The notes beneath the pieces are model-generated. The model saw only the letters and a program-made list of their open reading frames with translations, had not been told where the DNA came from and ran no database searches. This document shows positions 53,333-64,000 of a DNA stretch of 64,000 bases, one piece after another (the stretch's first letter is position 1; the number at the start of each line of letters is the position of its first letter). The translations under genes and the position numbers were made by a program. This stretch comes from Octopus vulgaris. Its lineage: Eukaryota. The DNA is taken from the NCBI GenBank assembly GCA_951406725.2, contig OX597820.1, positions 66,526,001-66,590,000 on the forward strand. The letters run 5' to 3'.

Positions 53333-53502
53333 ATCATCATCATCATCATCATCATCGTTTAACGTCCGCTTTCCATGCTGGCATGGGTTGGACGGTTTGA
53401 CTGAGGACTGGCAAGCCAGAAGGCTGCACCAGGCTCAATGTGATCCGGCAAAGTTTCTACAGCTGGATGCCCTTCCTAACACCAACTACTCCGAGAGTGT
53501 AG
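53333..53502 (-). mobile_element. Meta-like SINE 3' fragment with (GAT)n tail
   Basis: (cat)n cgtttaacgtccgctttccatgctggcatggg...ggatgcccttcctaacaccaac. Confidence 0.8.
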
Positions 53503-53739
53503 TCTCATATTCATATATATATATATTTATATATATATGCTTTGTGTATTTGCCAGTAAGCTGTGATTTGGCATGGTGGAGAATATTATATATGTGACGG
53601 ACTCTACTGTCAAAAATGACATATGAGTCTTCAGCTTTTGCTGAAGGACCTGTGCAAATGATTTGTTCATACTCATTAAATATACACGGTGTCCATTCAC
53701 TCACTTCCTCTCATCAAATCGACGTTGCATGAACAGGCG

Positions 53740-53893
53740 CACAGTGTACCACACATCAGGTTTCAAAGTGATCGCAGAGCAGTGTCAAATGAAATGTTTT
53801 GTTCAAGGTCGCAATGCATCACCCAGTCTAGGAATTGAAACCATGATCTTTGCAGTCGTGAGTGCAACAGTCTAACTACTAGGCCATGTGCCT
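53740..53893 (-). mobile_element. Degenerate tRNA-derived SINE head
   Basis: Minus strand aggcacatggcctagtagttagactgttgcactcacgac...ggtttcaattcctagactggg; related to the 32362 and 58183 heads. Confidence 0.6.
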
Positions 53894-54474
53894 ATGGCAC
53901 CATGGGAAAACAGGCATTAAACAACAGCCTACATCAGTTTGTGTTTGTGTGTGGCCATCAGTGTACTCTAGAGAGCCATGTAGAAGTCAGAGACCAGCGC
54001 TTCTATGTCCTATCTGAAGATCTGTGACTGACAGGTTTACAAAAGTACCATTCCTTAGTAGGCACTACACCAATCATCATCAAGAACAGCCACACACCAC
54101 TTATTTCTTGCACCAGGTTTCATCCCCACCTTTTTTCTTTTTTTTTTTTTTTTTTGGATAATTCTGTTTGATTTCCATGAATCATCATCATTTCTTCTTG
54201 ATTCCTTCTGACTGGTCTGTCGGTTAATTACTTTTGGAGTTCCATTCTCATTGAGAGCAGCAATTAAGGACATTTTCTAACGTCCCATCTCATCTGTATT
54301 AACAAACATTAAACTGGCCACTTTCAATTCACTGTAAATGTTTTACTTGTTTTTTGCCTTTCCTTTATGAAATTATCAAAGCATTTATATATACGTCCAA
54401 ATTTCTCTCTTGGCTCGTTTAAATGATTTCTCTCACTATTCATATGTGTGTATGTGCATATATATACATATATA

Positions 54475-54528
<54 letters not shown>

Positions 54529-54591
54529 TATGTGTACATATATATATATACATATACATATATATGTGTGTGTGTGTGTGTCCAATTCCCT

Positions 54592-54626
<35 letters not shown>

Positions 54627-55494
54627 ATTTTTTAAATATTTTTCTCATTCCTCTTTAATATTTCTATCTCTTATACTCATAGTCCCTCTCGCTCTCTTTC
54701 TCTCTCTCTCCCCCCTCATGGTTTCCTTGTTACTCTCTCTCTTTCTTACTCTTTGTCTCATTCCTCCCACCACCACCAACACCATTCCCAGTTTCTTTCC
54801 CTCTCTCTTCACTCTCCTTCTTTCTCTGCATCTCTCCTCATCTCTGTATCTCTCACAGCTGAATGCATTCACTAAAAGCTTCACTTGTTGGCCACTTATT
54901 ATGTGTTCCATGTATGTAATCAAGTGAATATAGGGCAAGTATTACTTTCCTTTCTACTTTGATACATTTTGCACACTCTACTGGGTTGGTTGCTTCTTAA
55001 ACAGCTTTTAGTCTTAATCAACAACACACTTTACACACACACACACACACACAATTCTGCACATCAGCCCCTCTCTCTTTCTCTATATCTTTTTATGTCC
55101 TCCTCCTCCTCCTCCTGCTCCTCTTCATCTACTTCTGTTCCTTCATCTCTCTCCCTCTCTCACCTTCTCTCTCTCTCTTGCTCTCCTTATCGCAGCCTCG
55201 CAATATTCTGTCCTCGCTGACACTCAACAGACACAATATATCACTTTGTTGCGCTATTGCACATGCCAGCAGACGTACATGACGTCCCCCCCCTTTTCCA
55301 CCTCCCACCATTCCCTCATTCTCCTTCCTCATATGCAAACACACAGACACACACACACACACACGCACGCGCATAAACTTGCACATGCATATATACATCC
55401 ATGTGTACACACCCACGTGCATGTACGCGGCTTTACAATGTAGTGGTGATTGATATCATTTTTGTTCTTTAGGACTTACAATGTACACACAATG

Positions 55495-55516
55495 TATCAC
55501 CATCATCATCTTCATC

Positions 55517-55548
<32 letters not shown>

Positions 55549-55897
55549 TATCATCATCTTCATCATCATCATTTTCATTGACTTCATCATCATCATCATT
55601 TTCATTGACTTCATCATCATCATCATCATCTTCATCATCATCATCATCATCTTCATCATCTTCATCATCATCATAATCATCTTCATAATCATAATCATTT
55701 TCATCGACTTCATCATTATCATTATCATTATCATCATCATCATCTTCATTGTCATCGTCATCATCATTTGATGTCCGTTTTTCCATGCTGGCATAGGGTG
55801 GACGGTTTTAATAGAAGCCAAGGAATCAAACGACTGCGTCAAGTTCCAGTGTCTGCTTTGGAATGGTTTCTATGGCTGGATGCCCCTTCCAACTGCC
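55495..55897 (-). mobile_element. Meta-like SINE fragment with a ~270-bp expanded (GAT)n tail
   Basis: (atc)n at 55495-55766 abuts ttgatgtccgtttttccatgctggcataggg...ggctggatgccccttcc. Confidence 0.75.
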
Positions 55898-56242
55898 AAT
55901 CACACACACATACACACTCTCTCTCAAACACTCACACACACACACACATAGACTCATACACACACATATACACACACACACACGCTCACACACATACACA
56001 CACTCATGCACACTCACACACACACTCACATACACACATTCACACACTCTCTCTTTCACACACACACTCACACTCACACACTCACACACATCCTCTAATT
56101 GCAAAAGCAGGCAGATCTCTTAGTTGACAAACAGCCAACAAGAAGGGCATCTGGCTGTAAAATAATGTCTAAATTAAACAGTCACCATTCTTTAAGTAGA
56201 TAGATAGGTAGGTATGTAGGTAGGTAGGTAGGTAGGTAGGTA

Positions 56243-56650
56243 GGCAGAAACGTTAACATGCCAGGTGAAATGCTTAGCGGTATTTCGTCTGCCGGCACGT
56301 TCTGAGTTCAAATTCCGCCGAGGTCGACTTTGCCTTTCATCCTTTTGGGGTCGATAAATCAAGTACCAGTTATGCACTGGGGTCGATATAATCGACTTAA
56401 TCCATTTGTCTGTCCTTGTTTGTCCGCTCTGTGTTTAGCACCTTTTGGGTAGTAATGAAATAAGCATTTCGTCTGCCATTACGTTCTGAGTTCAAATTCC
56501 GCCAAGGTCGACTTTGCCTTTCATCCTTCTGGGGTTGATAAATTAAGTACCAGTTACACATTGGGGCTGATGTTAATCAACTTAATATCTTTGTCTGCCC
56601 TTGATTGTCCCCTCTATGTTTAGCCCCTTGTGGGTAATAAAGGAATAAGA
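56243..56650 (+). mobile_element. Dimeric Nin/Deu-like SINE
   Basis: ggcagaaacgttaac head, then two copies of atttcgtctgcc...acgttctgagttcaaattccgcc...gtcgactttgcctttcatcc. Confidence 0.85.
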
Positions 56651-56854
56651 TAGGTAGGTAGGTAGGTAGGCATGCAAGCAGGCAGGCAGGTAGACAGACA
56701 GACAGACAGACACATAAATGTATGCATGCATATAGATATAAATATATGCATTTTTATTCTGATTTTCTTTGACTCTTCTATCACTTTCCCTTTCTTTTCT
56801 TCCTCTCTGTCTATTCCTGTGTTTCATCTTTCCTTATTTTTTCCCCCTCCTTCC

Positions 56855-56895
<41 letters not shown>

Positions 56896-57585
56896 AAACT
56901 AATGTTTAGAGTGATAAGTCCACTTAATGAATGTTGGTTATTGGTGTTGTTATTTAAACCTTTGATCATAATTCATTGCTTTATTCTTTCTTTCTTTCTT
57001 TCTCCCTCTCTCCCTCCCTCCCACTCTCAGTGTATATAGTTTACTAGGAATTGATCCGGGTGCGTGTGTGTGTGTGTGTGTGTGTATGTACCCGAGTGTA
57101 TACACACACACATTCATGCATATGTGCGTATGTACGTACTTACGTATGTATGTTACAAGCCATGAAGTTCAAAGAGAATTCCGCAAATGCCACAGGTGAG
57201 ATGGAGACCCATTACCGTTTCTTTTAATCACTGATGACTGCTCCATCATTTGTTCTACCAAATTCCTGCTGCTGTCCAAAATATCCAATTTGCTTTGCTG
57301 TGTTGGTTTCCTGTATCACCAACTTCACTAGTGTTGATTACATACATACATGCATACAAATACATACATATATATATATATGTATATTTATGTATATATG
57401 CATATATGTATGCATATACCTATATACCTGGTAGTCTTGGTAAAGAACAAAGAGGTCCATGTATAATTAAGTGCTCATTGCATTATATGTGGGATAGGAA
57501 TGTTCTGCATACAGTAGAGACAAATTCCATGTGTAAATTTCATAAATATATACATATATATATATATATATAAATTTATACGTGC

Positions 57586-57630
<45 letters not shown>

Positions 57631-57830
57631 CGTGCATTTATATGTGTGTGTGTGTATGTATATTGATTAGTTATAGGATTCATTAGGAATCAAGGCATAT
57701 CAACAAGTAGGATGCCAGGAGTGGCTTGATACTTAGTATTGAGCTCATAGTAAGGTAAAACAAAATTTAGTTGTCAGATGCTGCTAGTGTACCGTAAGTA
57801 TGCACATAGACACACATACGCATATATATC

Positions 57831-57864
<34 letters not shown>

Positions 57865-58182
57865 TATATTCGCTTACACACAGGTGCCAAATCCAATACA
57901 AACCATAGATCTGACATATATATATATATGTATGTATATATATATATATATATATATGTGCATACTTACAGTACACTACTAATAAAGAAAGAATGTTCTA
58001 TAGCCCCCCCCCCCCCACACACACACACATACAGAGACAGACAGACAGACAGACAGAGTGGCTCTGCTAGCCCAATAATTTCTGGAAGTTATACATAGTT
58101 CCGTGGGCTGAAAAATTTGGTCTTTCAAATATTTTTCATTTTACTTTTCTTTTTTTTTTTTTTTTTTTGTTACTTCAGTAGT

Positions 58183-58315
58183 GTGAAGGTGCATGGCTCT
58201 GTGGTTAAGAGCGTTGGGCTCACAATCATGGGGTAATGAGTTCAATTCTCAGATTGGGCCGTGTGCTGTGTTCTTGAGCAAGACACTTTATTTCACAGTA
58301 CTCCTGTTCACTCTT
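58183..58315 (+). mobile_element. CORE-like tRNA SINE head
   Basis: gtgaaggtgcatggctctgtggttaag...gagttcaattctc...gtgttcttgagcaagacactttatttcac. Confidence 0.65.
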
Positions 58316-58779
58316 ATACTGACCCTGGGTGAGAACCACTGGTTCAGTTAAACAACTTAATCCCAGTACTTTTTATTTAAATAATCTTATTTTATGCATA
58401 TTTTGCCATGGTTGGAATCAGCAGAAAATGGAGAACCAGTCAGATATTGGTGTTGGAACAGGGCAGGGTAGGGCCTTTTGCATTTGGCGATTCTTTACTT
58501 AAAAGTTAGAAATCTTTATTCTTTCATCCTTCTGGGGGTTACTAAAATAGGTACCAATTAAACAATCAATTACAGGAGACAGGTGTTGGTGTAAGTGTTG
58601 ATCTCTTAATCCATTACCTCATCTCTCCTTCCCCTCCTAAAAGAAACTACAAGTTTCTGTGCTTATGTCAGAAATCATTAAAATTCCTTCAATAAACATT
58701 TTAGAAGTTTGTTTTTTTTGCATGCTTATTTTTTTGTTTCTATATTTTTTTTTTTAATTAATGGCATTTTACCGATATT

Positions 58780-59010
58780 TCCATGTATGATTTCATGTAT
58801 CATACTATGTGTGCTTACGCATATTCTATGTGTGACTGCGTATATTTTTCTATGTATGATTGTATGTGTAATACTGTGTGTAATTGCGTGTTCTACTCCA
58901 TGTGTAATTGTGTATATACTTCTGGATGCGATTTTGTGTGTTTTTCTTTCTGTGGTTTCGCGTATGTTTCTGCATGATTGTGCGTATTTTCCTCTGTGTG
59001 CTTGTGTATA
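58780..59010. repeat. Degenerate 12/24-bp minisatellite (tgtgtaattgtg-like)
   Basis: Translation of ORF 58709 shows Cys recurring every 4 or 8 codons. Confidence 0.6.
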
Positions 59011-60295
59011 AATTCTATATTTGTGTGAGTGGTCTTCGTTCAGTCAAGTCTTGAAGTAATTCTTCAGCCCAAAATCCCTCTATTTCAGCTGTTGTTATTG
59101 TTGTTGTTGCTGCTGTTGCTGTTGTTACTTCAATTAAGAACTAATCAAATTTGTTCTAAAGTAACCATTAGTTTAATGAAATACCTTCTCTTTTTTTTTT
59201 TGCCTTTAATCTCTTTTATTTATTTTTAACAGCTTAGCATCTCTTATTATTGTTTACACTCTTGTTTTGGTGTGTGTGTGTGTGCAATAAGAAGGCAGGG
59301 ATTTCACTGTAGGAATTTTGCGGCAGTGTTTTTTTGTTTTTTTTTTTTAGAATTTAAAAAAAAACTTTTTCTTCTAAGCATTGTTTTTTCTTCTTGGTTT
59401 TCATAGTTATTTGGTGTTAAGTCTGTAAACACATTGAAAGATTATAACTGGAGGTGTCTGGGCTGTCTGTTTCAGTTCTTCTCTTTGCGTCTTTGCATAC
59501 GCACACATATCTCACTCATTCTAGACACAGGTACATCATCACAGTAAACACTAATACATCACTGTGGACATATGCGCAACCCGTGATGTGTTGACGATAA
59601 ATATCACATCATAGACACAGAGACATCACACTGACCACACTACATCACATCATAGACACACGATCTTCATAGACACACACACACATATATATGTATATGA
59701 ATTCACACACATATCACAGTATAGATCAGAACCTTACACATGCACATCACAAGACGTAAAATTGTCACGTCATATGACATCACAGATACATCACATGCAT
59801 ACTCTCTCTCTCTCTGTATCTATCTTTCTATCTATCTCTGTCTCTCCTTATCTATCTGTCTTTCTGTTTGTCTGTCTCTTCAGCTGTCAATATATCTACC
59901 TATTTCTATCTCTTTGCATCTATATAGTTATCTACCTGTCTGTCTTACCTTTCTATATGTATTTCTATCTATTTACCTGTCTGTCTATCTATCTATCTAT
60001 CTACCTATCTATCTACCTATCTATCTGTCTATCTATCTGTCTATCTATCTATCTGTCTGTCTGTCTGTTTATCTACCTATCTATCTCTATGTCTGTCTAT
60101 CATATTTCTATTTATCACATATCTATCTGTCACTCTCTCCTACATACATTAATACATATTGCTCTAATACAAAGAAACACACACCTTTATACACTCAATC
60201 ATACACAATCATTGATACACTCATCACATACTCACATATTCATATAAACACATACACACTCCATAACACATGCCTCTATGCATGCATACATATGC

Positions 60296-60349
<54 letters not shown>

Positions 60350-61130
60350 CAGTGTGTTAGCTTCCTGATATTTGTATATATTTGTGTGTGACTTAATACA
60401 AAGGCCAGAAGCAGCTCTGTTAATCTCACTTATTAGACTAGTTGTACCAATATATAACTACAGGACTAAATCTCCATTTGGTAAATTAATCTCTGCCAAT
60501 GAAATAAAGCAGGATAAGGATTACAATGGCAGCAACAGCGATGATAGCGGTGGCATTGGTGTTGTTGGTGGTGGGGGTATTGATAATTCTTTCTGTCTTT
60601 GTTATTGCCACTAGGGCCCATTAATTCACACAACAAAACAAAAAGTAAAAGACGAAACACACCCACCCTGCACACACACGACCACCATGCAAAAGTGTTA
60701 TAAAATGTGTAGAAATAAACCCAAACAAAGTTGGATTTTTTTTTTGTTTTTGTTTTTTCCAAAAACATAAACCTAATTGGAGGGTCAGAGACATTCCACG
60801 ATATATTAGACATTTTCTATTTATTTATTTATTTATTTATTTATTTATTGAAATTGCACAAAAAAATTATAATCTTTTTTATTGCCACAAGTGTAGCTAA
60901 CGATGTTTAATGGATGCTGAGGATAATGATGGTGGGTGTAAAAAAATAACGATAATGTTGGTAATGATAATGATAGTGATGGAGGTTATGGTGGTGGTGG
61001 CAGTGGCAGAGATGATTGTATGGGTGATAATAATGGTTTCGAATTTTGGTAAAAGACCTGCGATTTTAAAGGGAGGGGTTTTGATTGATACCATCGACAC
61101 CCAGTGCTCAACTGGTACTTACTTTATCAA

Positions 61131-61371
61131 GTAAAGGCAGCGATCTGGCAGAAACGTTAGCACACCGGGCGAAAAGCTCAGTGGTATTTCGTCTGCCACT
61201 ACGTTCTGAGTTCAAATTCCGCCAAAGTCGACTTTGCCTTTCGTCCTTTCGGGGTCGATTAAATAAGTACCAGTTACGCACTGGGGTCGATATAATCAAC
61301 TTAATCTGTTTGTCTGTCCTTGTTTGTCCCCTCTGTGTTTAGCCCCTTGTGGGTAGTAAGGAAATAGGTAT
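61131..61371 (+). mobile_element. Nin/Deu-like SINE nested in an older opposite-strand copy, 12-bp TSD
   Basis: ttactttatcaa at 61119-61130 and 61372-61383; the host copy spans ~61040-61490. Confidence 0.88.
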
Positions 61372-61629
61372 TTACTTTATCAACCCCTGAAAAGATGAAA
61401 ACCTGATTCAATCTTGGTAGAATTTGAACTCACAATGTAGTATTTTGGAAGAAATACCGTTGAGTATTGTGTACAACATGCTAATATTGTAAATAACTTG
61501 GAAACTGGCCCTATGAGTCCATGTGACTTGGGAAGGAATGATGGCATTTACATCATATATGAAATTTTATAATGTCTATATTAACAACAGACAGGACAAC
61601 AGACTCAATGACAGCACTAATCAAACTTG

Positions 61630-62010
61630 ACTATTTGGCATTTAAACTGGACATATCCAGCTCAAATATTCTACCTGGTTTATATTCAAACCGACCAGAT
61701 CTAGCCTCTCACACCTACCTACAATGTCATTCTAGAAGTAAACAACCACATCAACATTAAATCTTGAAGGTACAAGATGATGCATGATTAATTCAAAACA
61801 ATCACCATCCTCATCATTTAACATCTATTTTCCATGTTGGCATGGGTTGGACAGTTTGACAGGAGCTGGCCAACCAGGGAGTTGTGGCATGGTTTTGTAC
61901 AGCTGAAGGCCCTCCCTAATGCCAACCATTTTACTGAGTGTGTTGGGTGCTGACTTAGTTATGTGAATAAATAAGCATTAGATTTGGTTAAATATCAATG
62001 CTAAATTGTT
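61630..62010 (-). mobile_element. piggyBac-like MITE (second copy) interrupted by a Meta-like SINE (~61802-61955)
   Basis: 61640-61800 is the reverse complement of 9738-9897; the element resumes atgtgaataaataagcattag at 61960. Confidence 0.6.
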
Positions 62011-62297
62011 AGGCTAATACAGGAAAATAGGACCTCTGTGAGCAATGTAGGGCCTTCAGATTTTGCTATATGGCTCTACCATCTCAGCTTTCTTTTCTTC
62101 ACCCTATTAAGATCTTTATAGGGTCTAACATGATGCTGGATGGTTCCACAAAAATAACTCTTTCATGATTTAGTCTAAGCCCCAAATTTCTAAGCTGTGT
62201 CTTCCTGTGACTCTCTCCGCACGAAAGACATGGACTCTGTGACTTTGTAATAATGCGTGTCTCTCACCTGCATTCTGATTATGGTAGTGATGAAGGG

Positions 62298-62499
62298 TTT
62301 AAATTTTGGCACAAGGCCAGCAATGTCAGGGGATTACATCAACCTCAGTGCATAACTGGTACTTATTTTATCAACCCCCAAAAGGATAAAAGTCAAAGTA
62401 GACCTCCGCAGAATTTGAACTCAGAATGTTAAGACAGACAAAATGCCACTAGGTGTCTTGCCCAGCATCCTAACGATTCTACCAGATCACTGCCTTGAA

Positions 62500-62584
<85 letters not shown>

Positions 62585-62800
62585 CCTTTCTACTATAGAC
62601 ACAAGGCCTGAAATTTTGGAGGAGGGGGCTAGTCAATACGATTGACCCCAATGCACACCTGGTACTTAATTTATTGACCCCCAAAAGGATGAAAGGCAGA
62701 GTCAACCTTGGTGGAATTTAAAACCAGAATGTAGTAATGTGCGAAATACCGATAAATGTTTTTCCCCAGCATACTAATGATTCTGCCAGTTCACCACCTT
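62298..62800 (-). mobile_element. Two tandem Nin/Deu-like SINEs separated by (AAT)n
   Basis: Both show ggcacaaggcc/gacacaaggcc...ctggtactta...aaaggat...aatttgaactc/aatttaaaacc...gattct; (aat)n at 62501-62584. Confidence 0.8.
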
Positions 62801-63867
62801 GAAAAATAATAATAATAATGATGATGATAATAATAATGAAATATTCTCTCTTGTTGCTCCCTAAGATGGTTGCTTTGTGATATAATTCCAATTTAGTTTT
62901 GGAAATTCTTGTAGCTGTTACTTCTCTTCCGTTCTGTTCTTTGATAAAATGTCCAACTGTTGCACAAGTGTTGTTTGGTGGTGATTACTTACGGGTGGCT
63001 GTGAGGCTAATAATAGTAATGATGGTGATGATGGTGATGGTGGTGGTGGTGGGAAAAAAATGAACAATAATAAGATGGTGGTGGTGATGGTGATGATGAT
63101 GATGAAAAATTAATGATAATGATGATGGTGGTGGTGGTTGTGATGATGATGAAAAAAAAAATAAACAATGCAAACAGTTATACAAAACAAAAGAAAATAC
63201 TTATGGAAAAAAAAAACACCATATGAAGAAGTGTGGGGTTTTGGGGGAGGGGAAGGAATTGTGTGAATGTCCCTTTTGAAGAAGATTTGCAAGAAAACAA
63301 TTTATACTTCAAAAGTAATCATGATGTTCAGCCCCTTCAAGAAAAAAGAAATTTCAAAAAAAAAAAAAAAAGCAAGGGATGAGGTGGACTGAATAAATAA
63401 ATTAATTAATAAAAAAAATAGAATGGTGAGAAGGAAAAAAAAATACCCAGAGACACCTGCTGCATGTAAGCCTAATAGTAAAGCGGGTAGTAAAATAATA
63501 TTACTTAACGCTGTGAAGTCAAAATTTTAATTAATATTATTATGTTCGTTATGATGAGAGAGAGAGAGAAAAAAAAAGATAATAAATTATCTTAATGATT
63601 AATTCTGTTTGAGTCATCAGTACCACTAGAAAGGAGAAAAAAATGTAATAAAATCTGTGGCGGTATGTGGGGGGGAGGGTAGAGGGGGACTAAAAATAAA
63701 TAAACAAATATTATTAAAATTAACATGCAAAAAATAAATAAAATAGAATTAAAGTAAATTGAAATAAAATTAAATGAGCAAGATTAAATAAAATGAATGT
63801 AAGAATTATGAGATGTTCGTAAGGATGTTGTTGTTGTTGTTGTCGGCGGTGGTAGTGGTGGTGGTGG

Positions 63868-63884
<17 letters not shown>

Positions 63885-63900
<16 letters not shown>

Positions 63901-63972
63901 AGATCCCAGGTCAAAACAGATTCAGCAGATCTATGATCAAAGATGTTCCAGCTGTGACCAACCCACCTTTTT
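63885..63972. mobile_element. Fragment of a further dispersed repeat (family D) abutting (GTT)n
   Basis: cccaggtca...agcagatctatgatcaaagatgttccagctgtgacca; similar to ~575-640, 9045-9092, 14540-14610 (reverse), 17400-17460, 35740-35795 (reverse) and 41855-41900. Confidence 0.6.
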
Positions 63973-64000
63973 TTTTATTTTATTTTTATTTCATTTCATT

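Noticed and set aside
55469-55786. Asp-rich ORF resembling an acidic biomineralisation protein
   Set aside because: It starts inside a SINE 3' end and the poly-Asp is the SINE's expanded (GAT)n tail; no signal peptide.

Overview
AT-rich, microsatellite-saturated eukaryotic DNA. The SINE families and simple-repeat landscape point to a coleoid cephalopod, most likely Octopus (inferred from remembered repeat types, not from a search). I find no convincing host protein-coding exon, so the window looks like a large intron or gene desert, and almost every listed ORF is a simple-repeat or SINE artefact. Two stretches have real coding ancestry: a decayed Tc1 transposase (15243-16080, minus) and a 5'-truncated RTE LINE with a perfect 14-bp target-site duplication (TSD) (33026-33320, minus). 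The rest is several tRNA-derived SINE families (CORE-like, Nin/Deu-like, Meta-like), some in tandem, nested or inverted arrangements, plus MULE-, piggyBac- and hAT-type MITEs. The most unusual region is 38.5-40.6 kb, which holds a minimal hammerhead-like fold with a non-canonical core and two long near-perfect hairpins (candidate Penelope-like termini and ADAR substrates). A few non-repetitive islands may be cis-regulatory, and one carries a strong CTCF-like motif. Repeat boundaries are approximate unless a TSD or terminal inverted repeat (TIR) is quoted.
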